The notes beneath the pieces are model-generated. The model saw only the letters and a program-made list of their open reading frames with translations, did not search any database and was not told the origin of the DNA. The position numbers and the translations under genes were made by a program. This document shows positions 45,975-56,875 of a stretch of DNA of 62,405 nt, piece by piece (positions within the stretch are counted from its first letter, which is position 1; every line of letters starts with the position of its first letter). Source of the DNA: Euryarchaeota archaeon UBA58 (GTDB lineage: Archaea > Thermoplasmatota > Poseidoniia > Poseidoniales > Thalassarchaeaceae); assembly GCA_002498525.1 (NCBI GenBank), contig DAHR01000013.1, forward strand, positions 131,809 to 194,213, written 5' to 3'.

Positions 45975-46784
45975 TCACTCGTATTGCAGCATATCCCAAG
46001 CGATGAGCAGGTCTGAGGCGTTGATTTGACCTTGACCTGCGAGATGTGCACCGGTTTCCATCGTCGAATAGACGAGGTGCTGGCCGAGGAGAGGGGCGTG
46101 GATCCTAGTCCAGTCACCCCCAATCCCGAGGCCCATGATTGCTGTTTTCAGGCCTGAATCCTTCATATTCCATGCAGCCTCAAAAAGCTTCAATCCTGAG
46201 TTTCGTCCCGATGTGTTGTAACAGATCTTGATGATATCACCCCGACCCTCGAGTTCCTCGATGTCCTCGACGACCTCCACAGCGCTCGCCGGTTCGGAGT
46301 CGGTGTGAAGGGAAGCGATGACCTTGGTCTTACCTTGAGCGATAGTGAGAAGTTCATCTCGCGTCTGCTTGTCGATGTCCGTCTCCAGATCGACCCAACT
46401 GACTCCCGTCTTGATTGCGGTTCGAAGGACATCGATTCTCTCTTCTTCAGTCCCCGGGAAGTATCCACCTTGACGAATTGGTCGACAGGTAATCACCACA
46501 GGTAGGTCGATGCCACCTTGCAGCGCCGCCAGAGTCTCCTTCAAATCGACAGAATCCATCGCCTGCGGAATGTAATCAGGCGGGATGTAGACCGGCCTTC
46601 TTCGACGTCGGTCGGCTTTCGGTTCCTCTCTCTCGACGGGAGCTGGCAACTCTTCGATGACCCAGAGTTTGTCGAGGCGAATCTCACAGATATCCGCACC
46701 GACCGCAGTCGCTCGAGCAGCATCGCTGAGCATCTCGTCGACCGAGCATCCTCTCAGCGTGACGCAGATGGTCGGTCGAGACAT
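45975..46784 (-). CDS. aroD: type I 3-dehydroquinate dehydratase
   Basis: ADICEIRLD, ITCR...GG, VDLE, SLH, IIK (Schiff-base Lys), MG...R and GQ. Confidence 0.85.
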   Translation of the reverse strand: MSRPTICVTLRGCSVDEMLSDAARATAVGADICEIRLDKLWVIEELPAPVEREEPKADRRRRRPVYIPPDYIPQAMDSVDLKETLAALQGGIDLPVVITCRPIRQGGYFPGTEEERIDVLRTAIKTGVSWVDLETDIDKQTRDELLTIAQGKTKVIASLHTDSEPASAVEVVEDIEELEGRGDIIKICYNTSGRNSGLKLFEAAWNMKDSGLKTAIMGLGIGGDWTRIHAPLLGQHLVYSTMETGAHLAGQGQINASDLLIAWDMLQYE

Positions 46785-46831
46785 TCGATCGCGGCACCGA
46801 CGGATTCTGTTTAACCGTGTCGTGCTGCCCA

Positions 46832-48942
<2,111 letters not shown>

Positions 48943-48953
48943 GGTGATTGAGA

Positions 48954-51647
48954 ATGGCAGAGGAATTACTTCGCAGAGACATCTCTGAAGAGATGAAAGA
49001 GAGTTACATCAACTATGCGATGAGCGTCATAATCGGTCGGGCTCTACCCGACGTTCGAGACGGCTTGAAGCCGGTTCACCGCCGAATCCTCTGGGGCATG
49101 CACCAAGCTGGCTACACACACGAGAAGGGTTACAGCAAGTCCGCGAGGTCGGTGGGAGAGGTGATGGGAAAGTACCATCCTCACGGCGATCAGGCTCTCT
49201 ATGACACGATGGTGAGGATGGCTCAGGACTTCTCACTGCGCTATCCCCTCATCGATGGGCAGGGCAACTTCGGCTCCATCGATGGCGATCCGCCGGCGGC
49301 GATGCGCTACACCGAGAGTCGCCTCGATCGCATGGCCAAGCACATGCTCGACGACATCAACAAGAACACCATAGACATGGTCGCCAACTTCGACGACAGC
49401 GAGAAGGAGCCAACAGTTCTGCCCTCGCGCCTGCCGAATCTGCTGCTCAACGGCAGTGATGGAATCGCCGTCGGCATGGCGACCAAGATTCCGCCGCACA
49501 ACCTCAACGAGGTCGCGGCGGCGATCACATTCCACACCGAGATGGTCATCAAGAAAAATCCGAAAAGGTCGCTCGACAAGCCACCGAAGATCGATGTTCT
49601 GGAATATATGGAATACCTCAAAGGACCCGATTTCCCGACGGGAGCGATGATCTACGGAATCGACGGAATCGTCGACATGTACCGAACCGGCCAAGGTCGA
49701 TTCCACATCCGCTCCGAGGCCGAGGTCAGAGACGACTCGAACGGCAAGCGCATCATCATCACATCGATTCCGTATCAAGTCCGGAAATCAGGTATGCTGC
49801 AAGGCATCGCGGAACTGGTGACGAAGGAGGTCGTGAAGGGAATCAGGGACATCCGCGATGAATCGAGCAAGGAAGGAATCCGCGTCGTCATCGAGGTCAA
49901 GAACAACGCCGACCCGCACGCGATTCTCAATCAACTGTACAAATCGAGTCGGCTGCAGGAGTCGTATTCGGCGAACATGATGGGCATCCTCAACGGAAAA
50001 CCGGTGCAACTCGATCTCGGCACCATCATCCACACCTACATGCGCCACCGCGAATCAGTCATCGAACGTCGCACCCAATTCGAACTCGACAAGGCCGAGG
50101 CTCGCGCGCACATCCTCGAAGGCTTGATGCGCGCGCAGAAGCGAATGGCGGAGATCATCGAAGTCGGCCGCAATTCGGAATCCAGAGACCAGTTCGAAGC
50201 ATACCTCCGAGGTGAAGAGATGTATCTGAAGATCAAGCGCTTCGACTTCTCCGTAAAGCAGGCGAAGGCAATCGCTGAGCGCCGCCTCTACCAGCTGACC
50301 AGACTCAACGTAAAGGAGGTCGCGGACGAACTGAAGAAACTCGAATCCGCGATAAAGGAATACAATTCGATTCTCGCCAGCCGCATTCGCAGACTGCAGA
50401 TCCTACTCGACGAACTCCACGAGGTCGTCGAGAAGCACGGCGACGAGCGCCGCAGCCACATCGATCCCTCACCACTCTCGATGGACCGAGAAGACCTCGT
50501 CGCCGAACGTGCATTGGTCATCTCGCTGACTCAAGACAATTACATCCGCCACCTGCCGGTAGAGGCCTTCCGCCTGCAGAACAGAGGTGGAAAGGGGCTC
50601 AAGGGCGTGTCGACCAAAGACGAGGATGCACCGGCAGCAATCGTCACCTGCTTCTCCAAGGACCGCTTGCTGATCTTCACCGACAAGGGCCGTGTCTACG
50701 GTTTGAGAGCATGGGAAACACCCCTGGCGAGCAGGTATGGGAGAGGCACCCACATCCGCAATCTGCTGACTAAAATACGCGACGATGAAGCGGTGATCTC
50801 AATTCTGCCGATGGCCCGCGAATTGATCGAGAAACCTGAGGGGAATTATCTCATCTTCGCCACCAAGAATGGGCGAATCAAGCGTAGCCGCCTCTCGGAA
50901 TATGTCAAAATCAACCGCAACGGCAAATTCGCACTCAGATTCGCGACCGAGGACGACACCCTCGTCCAAGTCAGGCCGGCCACGGACGCAGACCACGTCG
51001 TCCTCGTCTCGGCCGGAGGATTTGCTTGCAGATTCCTCCCCTCCCATGTCAAAACGCGGACCCACCCTGAGACTGGCGAGGTCCAGACCACCCACACAGT
51101 GCGCGTGCAAGGCAGGGTCAGCCAAGGTGTCAGAGGCATGAAATTACAGAAGGATGACAGTGTCATCGGCATGATTGTCACCGATGATTTCGACACCAGC
51201 GTTCTGACCATCTCGCGCTATGGAATGGCGAAGCGCAGTCGACTCGGCTCTGGAGAAATGATTCCGCAACTCGACGAGGATGGCGCAGCAATCCTCGACG
51301 ATGAGGGTGAAGCGTTGATGCAGCGCGATGGATATCGCAAGACTAACCGCGGAACCAAGGGTATCCGAACGATGTCCCTCAGGGATAAGGATCAGATTGT
51401 CGGCGTCCGACAGATACCTGACCTCGACGACCAACTCTTCATGCTGACGGCCAGTGGGATGATGATCAGAATGCCCGCCACCCAGACCAAGGAAACCCTC
51501 GGAAAAGTCACAAAAGGCACTCGAATAATGGAGTTGCGCGACTCGGCGAAGAAATCACATGTGGACGAGATAATATTCGTCGCACGGCTTCCAGCAGGCC
51601 TCATCGTGAGCGACGACGACATCGATGTCGCAAGCGAAGAAGAGTGA
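48954..51647 (+). CDS. gyrA: DNA gyrase subunit A
   Basis: [29 protein letters not shown] and the GyrA-box QNRGGKG; six CTD blades. Confidence 0.97.
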   Translation: MAEELLRRDISEEMKESYINYAMSVIIGRALPDVRDGLKPVHRRILWGMHQAGYTHEKGYSKSARSVGEVMGKYHPHGDQALYDTMVRMAQDFSLRYPLIDGQGNFGSIDGDPPAAMRYTESRLDRMAKHMLDDINKNTIDMVANFDDSEKEPTVLPSRLPNLLLNGSDGIAVGMATKIPPHNLNEVAAAITFHTEMVIKKNPKRSLDKPPKIDVLEYMEYLKGPDFPTGAMIYGIDGIVDMYRTGQGRFHIRSEAEVRDDSNGKRIIITSIPYQVRKSGMLQGIAELVTKEVVKGIRDIRDESSKEGIRVVIEVKNNADPHAILNQLYKSSRLQESYSANMMGILNGKPVQLDLGTIIHTYMRHRESVIERRTQFELDKAEARAHILEGLMRAQKRMAEIIEVGRNSESRDQFEAYLRGEEMYLKIKRFDFSVKQAKAIAERRLYQLTRLNVKEVADELKKLESAIKEYNSILASRIRRLQILLDELHEVVEKHGDERRSHIDPSPLSMDREDLVAERALVISLTQDNYIRHLPVEAFRLQNRGGKGLKGVSTKDEDAPAAIVTCFSKDRLLIFTDKGRVYGLRAWETPLASRYGRGTHIRNLLTKIRDDEAVISILPMARELIEKPEGNYLIFATKNGRIKRSRLSEYVKINRNGKFALRFATEDDTLVQVRPATDADHVVLVSAGGFACRFLPSHVKTRTHPETGEVQTTHTVRVQGRVSQGVRGMKLQKDDSVIGMIVTDDFDTSVLTISRYGMAKRSRLGSGEMIPQLDEDGAAILDDEGEALMQRDGYRKTNRGTKGIRTMSLRDKDQIVGVRQIPDLDDQLFMLTASGMMIRMPATQTKETLGKVTKGTRIMELRDSAKKSHVDEIIFVARLPAGLIVSDDDIDVASEEE

Positions 51648-51693
51648 TTCGAACCGCTCGCCTTAAGCCGAAAACTCGGGTCGCCGGAACACT

Positions 51694-51780
51694 GCGGCAG
51701 TCGCATAGCCTGGCCATTGCGCTGGATTGCTAATCCAGTGGTGTTTCACCTCGGGAGTTCAAATCTCCCCTGTCGCGCCA
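51694..51780 (+). tRNA. tRNA-Ser (GCT)
   Basis: Acceptor GCGGCAG/CTGTCGC with discriminator G and encoded CCA; anticodon arm CTGGA-TTGCTAA-TCCAG; long variable arm GGTG-TTT-CACC; T arm GGGAG-TTCAAAT-CTCCC; TTAAG box about 30 nt upstream. Confidence 0.95.
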
Positions 51781-51929
51781 CTATTTTCACCGCAATTTGA
51801 CCACCATATTCAGCACTACCCAACCGACAGAATCGCCTCGGTTTCACGAGTGCCCGAGCGACAGAATCGCCTTGATTCAGCAACCCCGTCCGGAGCAGAC
51901 TTGATGCTGGACGCTGCCTCTCAAGCAAC

Positions 51930-52778
51930 ATGGAGGCTATGGAAGGACTGACCATGCTGGCGACAGCAGTGGCAGCCATCGGTCTGATTCTGAGCATTCT
52001 GATATGGCGAAGAATCAGACACCTCAACCCATCGAATGACCGCTCGTGGGTCAACGATAACGCGCGAACCTCATACTCTGAAATCAATGGAGACGAGGTG
52101 ATCCTCTACAATGTCAGAGACTTCCGCTGGCGGACCACGAGAGATTATGATGAACGGTGGACTGAGCGCAGGTTTCGCATATCGGACTGTACGAAGATAT
52201 GGTTCGTCCTCGAGTATTTCTATCCGGCGCAGAAGCCGATTGCACACACCATCTTCAGCTTCGAGTTCGCCGACGGCACGAGGCTGGCGTGTTCAATCGA
52301 AGTCAGGCGCGAGAAAGGCGAAAAATTCTCACCGATCAGGGGCCTGATGAGAGAATTCGAAATCATGTATGTGTGGGCGACAGAGAGCGATGTGGTCGGG
52401 GTCAGGAGTCGCTGTCGGGATTCGGAGACGCATCTCTTCGAAGGTGTGATTCTGGGCGAGGGAAATCAATGTCGGATTCTGGAATCCTATCTTCGGCGCA
52501 GCAACAAACTGCACGACGAGCCGGAATGGTACAACAGCATCCTCAACAACTGCACAACGAACATCGTGCGCCACGTCAACGAAGTCTACCCGGGCCGCGT
52601 CCCTCGTGCTCTCGCCGTGATACTCCCTGGGTTGAGTCCGAAGCTTCTCAGACGCAACAATCTGGTGCGCCTGCGGGGATCTCTGGAGGATGAAATGAAG
52701 TTGAATCAGATTGAACCGCGGGCGCGGGCGTGGGATGGAGAATGCGATTTCGGGGATTGGATTCGGGCTGAAATCTGA
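51930..52778 (+). CDS. DUF4105 / Lnb-like domain protein with N-terminal TM
   Basis: NVRDFRW, AHT..SF, SIEVRRE and YNSILNNCTT. Confidence 0.8.
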   Translation: MEAMEGLTMLATAVAAIGLILSILIWRRIRHLNPSNDRSWVNDNARTSYSEINGDEVILYNVRDFRWRTTRDYDERWTERRFRISDCTKIWFVLEYFYPAQKPIAHTIFSFEFADGTRLACSIEVRREKGEKFSPIRGLMREFEIMYVWATESDVVGVRSRCRDSETHLFEGVILGEGNQCRILESYLRRSNKLHDEPEWYNSILNNCTTNIVRHVNEVYPGRVPRALAVILPGLSPKLLRRNNLVRLRGSLEDEMKLNQIEPRARAWDGECDFGDWIRAEI

Positions 52779-52818
52779 GCGTGCGAGCATTCAATTCAGC
52801 GGGCGCTTTGTCGGCGAC

Positions 52819-54015
52819 GTGCTGAACGTCGAGGCGTTGTCGCCGAGCGGCGAATTCGAGTGGAGATTGCCGCCATCGAAGAGCCACACGATTCGTTTTC
52901 TGGCTCTCGCCGCTCAAGGTGAAAGTGAATGTCGGTTGCGTTTCGAGGGATTTCTAGGTGCTGATGTCGAGTCAATGGCTCGCTGTCTGGAGGCAATGGG
53001 AGTCGAGATCGAGCGTGAGGCTGGGTCTTGGCTGGTGAGACCGCCAGAAAAGGGCTTGCGAGCTCCTGAAGGGGTTCTGGATTGTGGGAATTCGGGGGCC
53101 GCTGCAAGGATATTGACGGTGATGGCTGCTAATCTTGAGGTCTCAGTCACCATCGATGGGGACGAGTCGCTGCGCCGACGGAGCAGCCCCGGGCTGGCTG
53201 AGGTGCTTCGCGAACTCGGTTGTCAGGTGTCTTCTGACGGCTTGCCTTGCGAGGTCTGTGGACCTGTTTCAGGTGGCTCTGCTGTGCTGGATGTCAGTGC
53301 TTCGAGCCAGCCTTTGACGGCGCTTGTTCTGGCTTCGCCCGGCTTTGCTGGGGCGGTCGAACTGGTCTTGGAAGGTCAGGCTGTGAGCCGCGGATATGGT
53401 GCGATGAGCTTCGATATCGCGGCTCGATGCGGCTCACCTAATCGCATTGCTGAGCCGCTGTCGCTCGTTCCTTGGCGGGTCGAAGTACCAGAAGTTGTGG
53501 ACATCCCGCCAGAGTTGAGTCTGTTTCCGCTGGCGATTCTTCTCGAAATCATTCACGATGATTTACGTCTCAACACAACGCTACCAACTTATGATCCGCT
53601 GATGTTGATTGCAATCGATGCCATTGACCGCGCCGATGGGGGAGAAGTCGACCTGAGCGATGCCAGCGATCTGGTCACTCCAGCCGCCGCGTGGTTGGCC
53701 TTGACGAGCGGTGGCACTCTGACTGGAATCGGCCATGCACGCGGAAAGGAAAGCGATCGAATCGCGGGCACCATCGAGATGCTCGCTACCTTCGGATTGG
53801 AGGCGCAGGAGAGTGCAGACGGAATGGTCATCGAGGGTGGACAGTCCTTGCACAGGCCCATCGAGCCGATCGAGACGCACATGGATCACCGGCTCGCAAT
53901 GACAGCGATGGTACTCGCCTCGAAGGTCGGTGGAGTGATTGTCGGCGCTGAGATATCGGAAGTGACCCACCCGGGTTTCGTCAAGCAATTACTCGCTTTG
54001 GGCACAAACCAGTGA
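52819..54015 (+). CDS. aroA: 3-phosphoshikimate 1-carboxyvinyltransferase (EPSP synthase)
   Basis: PPSKSH, DCGNSG, GDESLRRR, SSQ, RGKESDR and DHRLAM; start taken at GTG 52819. Confidence 0.88.
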   Translation: MLNVEALSPSGEFEWRLPPSKSHTIRFLALAAQGESECRLRFEGFLGADVESMARCLEAMGVEIEREAGSWLVRPPEKGLRAPEGVLDCGNSGAAARILTVMAANLEVSVTIDGDESLRRRSSPGLAEVLRELGCQVSSDGLPCEVCGPVSGGSAVLDVSASSQPLTALVLASPGFAGAVELVLEGQAVSRGYGAMSFDIAARCGSPNRIAEPLSLVPWRVEVPEVVDIPPELSLFPLAILLEIIHDDLRLNTTLPTYDPLMLIAIDAIDRADGGEVDLSDASDLVTPAAAWLALTSGGTLTGIGHARGKESDRIAGTIEMLATFGLEAQESADGMVIEGGQSLHRPIEPIETHMDHRLAMTAMVLASKVGGVIVGAEISEVTHPGFVKQLLALGTNQ

Positions 54016-54066
54016 AGAAACTCAACTGCTAAGAGGGCACCGCCACAGCCTTTGACGAGGGGAGTC

Positions 54067-54837
54067 ATGAAACTACGTCTGCATCAATTCCTTTCGAAGA
54101 CGGGGGTCTTCTCCTCAAAGGCTGAAACAAAGCAAGCCATTTGGGACGGTGAGATCACCGTCAATGGAACGGTGGTCAAGAACATGACCTTCCAATTCAA
54201 CGTCAAAACCAAGGAGGTCACCTACCGAGGCAAGGTGCTTGAACTCCATGACGAAGAAGTCCACTTCCTCCTCCACAAGCCGCTTGGCTGCATCTGCTCT
54301 CGACTTAATTCGCATGAATCTGCGCTTGGTAAAGCCTCGGCGTATGAGGTGTTTCGCGAGCATATGGGACCAACCACCTATGAACGCCTGATCACCGTTG
54401 GCCGTTTGGATGAAAACACCACTGGATTTCTCTTGGTGACCACTGACGGAAAAATAGTTCACAGAATCACATCACCAGATCACACGGTCAGGAAGACCTA
54501 CCGGGTCCACACAACAACACCAATTTCTGAAGATCATATGGACGCCATCCGAACGGGTGTGCGCATCGTCGTCGAAGACGGTGAAGCCAGCGATGTGTAT
54601 TGGACAAAGCCTGCAGTGATCGAGCAAGAGTCACCTGGCGTGGTTCTGTTGACCATCGGTGAGGGAAAGAAGCGACAAATACGCCGGATGTTCGGAGCCT
54701 TAGGAAACCCGGTCACTCAACTCCACCGAACGTCAACCGAAGAAATGCAATTGGATGCTTATGATCTCAAACCTGGGGAATTCGCTCCAATCGAACGAAA
54801 GGAAATCGAGCGATTGATCATTCAACCGAGCATCTGA
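54067..54837 (+). CDS. RsuA/RluB-family rRNA pseudouridine synthase (S4 domain)
   Basis: RLHQFLS S4 domain, HKP, VGRLDENTTG, KTY and EGKKRQIRRM. Confidence 0.9.
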   Translation: MKLRLHQFLSKTGVFSSKAETKQAIWDGEITVNGTVVKNMTFQFNVKTKEVTYRGKVLELHDEEVHFLLHKPLGCICSRLNSHESALGKASAYEVFREHMGPTTYERLITVGRLDENTTGFLLVTTDGKIVHRITSPDHTVRKTYRVHTTTPISEDHMDAIRTGVRIVVEDGEASDVYWTKPAVIEQESPGVVLLTIGEGKKRQIRRMFGALGNPVTQLHRTSTEEMQLDAYDLKPGEFAPIERKEIERLIIQPSI

Positions 54838-54899
54838 TCAGCGTCGTCGTTCTGTTGGCTCTTTCCAGCCTTTTTGAGGAAATTCAACCGTTAGGTGAC

Positions 54900-56873
54900 T
54901 CAACCGTGCCGACCGAAGTGTCGGTCGAGATGGTCCATTGTCAACCGTAGCACCGTCGGGCGCCCATGCACGCAAGCCCAAGGGTTCGCAATCGTTCGCA
55001 TGTCCTCGAGCAGTCGCCGCATCTCGGCGAGGCTCAATCTCTCGTTGGCTTTGACCGAGCCTCGACACGAACGCATGAAGGCGACGTGGTCGCGCAACTC
55101 AATGACAGCGTCGATTTCCTCAGCACCGTCAGGCGCAGAAGCAAGTTCGATCAACAGGTCATGGAGAAAATCCTCCAGCCCATCGCTTCCAACCAGAACT
55201 TCGGGTATCGAGGTTATTGCGATGCCCCCTTCTGTAACCGCAAATGAAATCCCTAACTCGGCAAGCCGAGACTCTCCCGATATCGCCGACGCCTTCTCGC
55301 GAGCTCCGAGAGAAATCACAATCGGAGCCATCAGTTCCTGACCATCCCAACTGATCATCTGCTCGCGCAACCGCTCGTAGCGAATGCGCTCGTGAAGCGC
55401 GTGTTGATCGACGATGAACAACTCGTCACCGCCCTGTGCGAGAATGTAAGAATCGGCCAATTGCGCCAATGCGACCATCTCTGGAAGGTTGGGGATTACA
55501 GCTGCATCAGGCCGTGGCTCGTCAAGGGGTGAGACCGATTTCCCACAGGCGTGGCGGTGTAGTTGCCGCTCTTCTGATGAGAGTGATTGTGTGATCGGAT
55601 TTTGGTCGAGGCCGGGTAGGATCTGCTGATCTATCTCAGAACTTGAGACCGGCCTCGGCTCTACCTTCTGCTGAGAAATTGAAGCGCTTCGAAGACTGCT
55701 GAAATGTGTTTGGACGGTTGCGTCGTCTGTCACTGCACTTGCCCATTCTGGCATTATTTGGGGCGGGATTTGTTGGCTTGCATGACCCTCATCTGCGCGT
55801 TCTGCTATGCCTTTCAAAACGGTTCCCTCCCTCGCCTCGGGCCGTGTCGCAACCATCGAAAGTGTGTGTTTTATCGTGCGCTCCAGCCGCTCGAGAACCC
55901 TCCATGAATGCCTCAATCTAACCTCTCTTTTCGTCGGATGAACGTTGACATCGACCTCGTTGGTCGGCAGCGTCAGCGAGATGACTCCAATTGGATGTCG
56001 ACCGACCATCAAGCGGCTGTGAAATCCTCTGCGAACCGCTTGCAGAAACGGCCCTGCTGAGACGGGGCGTCCATTGACCAGAATGTGAATGTCGTCGGCT
56101 CGGCTTCGCGTCAGGCCAGGCGGTGAGATCCAACCGCTCCAGCGCTCGCCGCCCGGCGCATCTTCGTCGGCTTCTGGCGATTTGAGTTCGAAAAGTTCGC
56201 TCGAAGTCGCCCCGAAGAGATCGTACAATCGGTCCTCGGTTTCGTTGGCTGGAGGACATTCGAGGACGGTTCGGCCATCGACCTCGATGTGGATTCCAAT
56301 CGTCGGCTCACACAGAGCCAATTGTACTCCAACATCGACGATTGCAGCGGTTTCGGTCGAGGGCCGGCGCTGGAATGATAGACGGGCTGGAACCTTAGCG
56401 AAGAGGTTCAGTACATCGATTCTGGTGCCCGGAGCGAGACCGGATGGCTCGACTTCGCCGACCGATCCATTGTCGACTCTGAGCTCAGCGCCTTCTGCGC
56501 CCTCGGGCTTGCTGGCGACGGACAATTCGCTTACTGCACCGATCGATGCGAGAGCCTCACCGCGGAATCCCTTGGTCTCGATTCGCGACAGATCATCAGG
56601 TCCACTGAGTTTGTTGGTCGCGTGGCGAGTGACCGCCAGAAGCAATTCCTCAGCAGGTATTCCGCTGCCGTCATCGATGACGGTGATTCGCTCGAATCCA
56701 CCTTTTTCAATTTCGATTCGAACGTGCTTCGCGCCGGCATCGAATGAGTTTTCGACCAATTCCTTGACCACTTGGGCTGGCCTCTCAACCACCTCACCGG
56801 CAGCGATTTTACCGATCGTCAGATCATCGAGTTGGATGATTGGGCTGCGCCCTGATTGCTCCAACTCGGCCAT
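54900..56873 (-). CDS. mutL: DNA mismatch repair endonuclease MutL
   Basis: IAAGEVVERP, KELVENS, GFRGEAL, DVNVHP, DQHALHER, SCR and CVHGRP. Confidence 0.96.
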   Translation of the reverse strand: MAELEQSGRSPIIQLDDLTIGKIAAGEVVERPAQVVKELVENSFDAGAKHVRIEIEKGGFERITVIDDGSGIPAEELLLAVTRHATNKLSGPDDLSRIETKGFRGEALASIGAVSELSVASKPEGAEGAELRVDNGSVGEVEPSGLAPGTRIDVLNLFAKVPARLSFQRRPSTETAAIVDVGVQLALCEPTIGIHIEVDGRTVLECPPANETEDRLYDLFGATSSELFELKSPEADEDAPGGERWSGWISPPGLTRSRADDIHILVNGRPVSAGPFLQAVRRGFHSRLMVGRHPIGVISLTLPTNEVDVNVHPTKREVRLRHSWRVLERLERTIKHTLSMVATRPEAREGTVLKGIAERADEGHASQQIPPQIMPEWASAVTDDATVQTHFSSLRSASISQQKVEPRPVSSSEIDQQILPGLDQNPITQSLSSEERQLHRHACGKSVSPLDEPRPDAAVIPNLPEMVALAQLADSYILAQGGDELFIVDQHALHERIRYERLREQMISWDGQELMAPIVISLGAREKASAISGESRLAELGISFAVTEGGIAITSIPEVLVGSDGLEDFLHDLLIELASAPDGAEEIDAVIELRDHVAFMRSCRGSVKANERLSLAEMRRLLEDMRTIANPWACVHGRPTVLRLTMDHLDRHFGRHG

Positions 56874-56875
56874 TC

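Noticed and set aside
51694..51930. Integrative element at tRNA-Ser
   Set aside because: No integrase and no duplicated tRNA 3' end (att site) seen in the window
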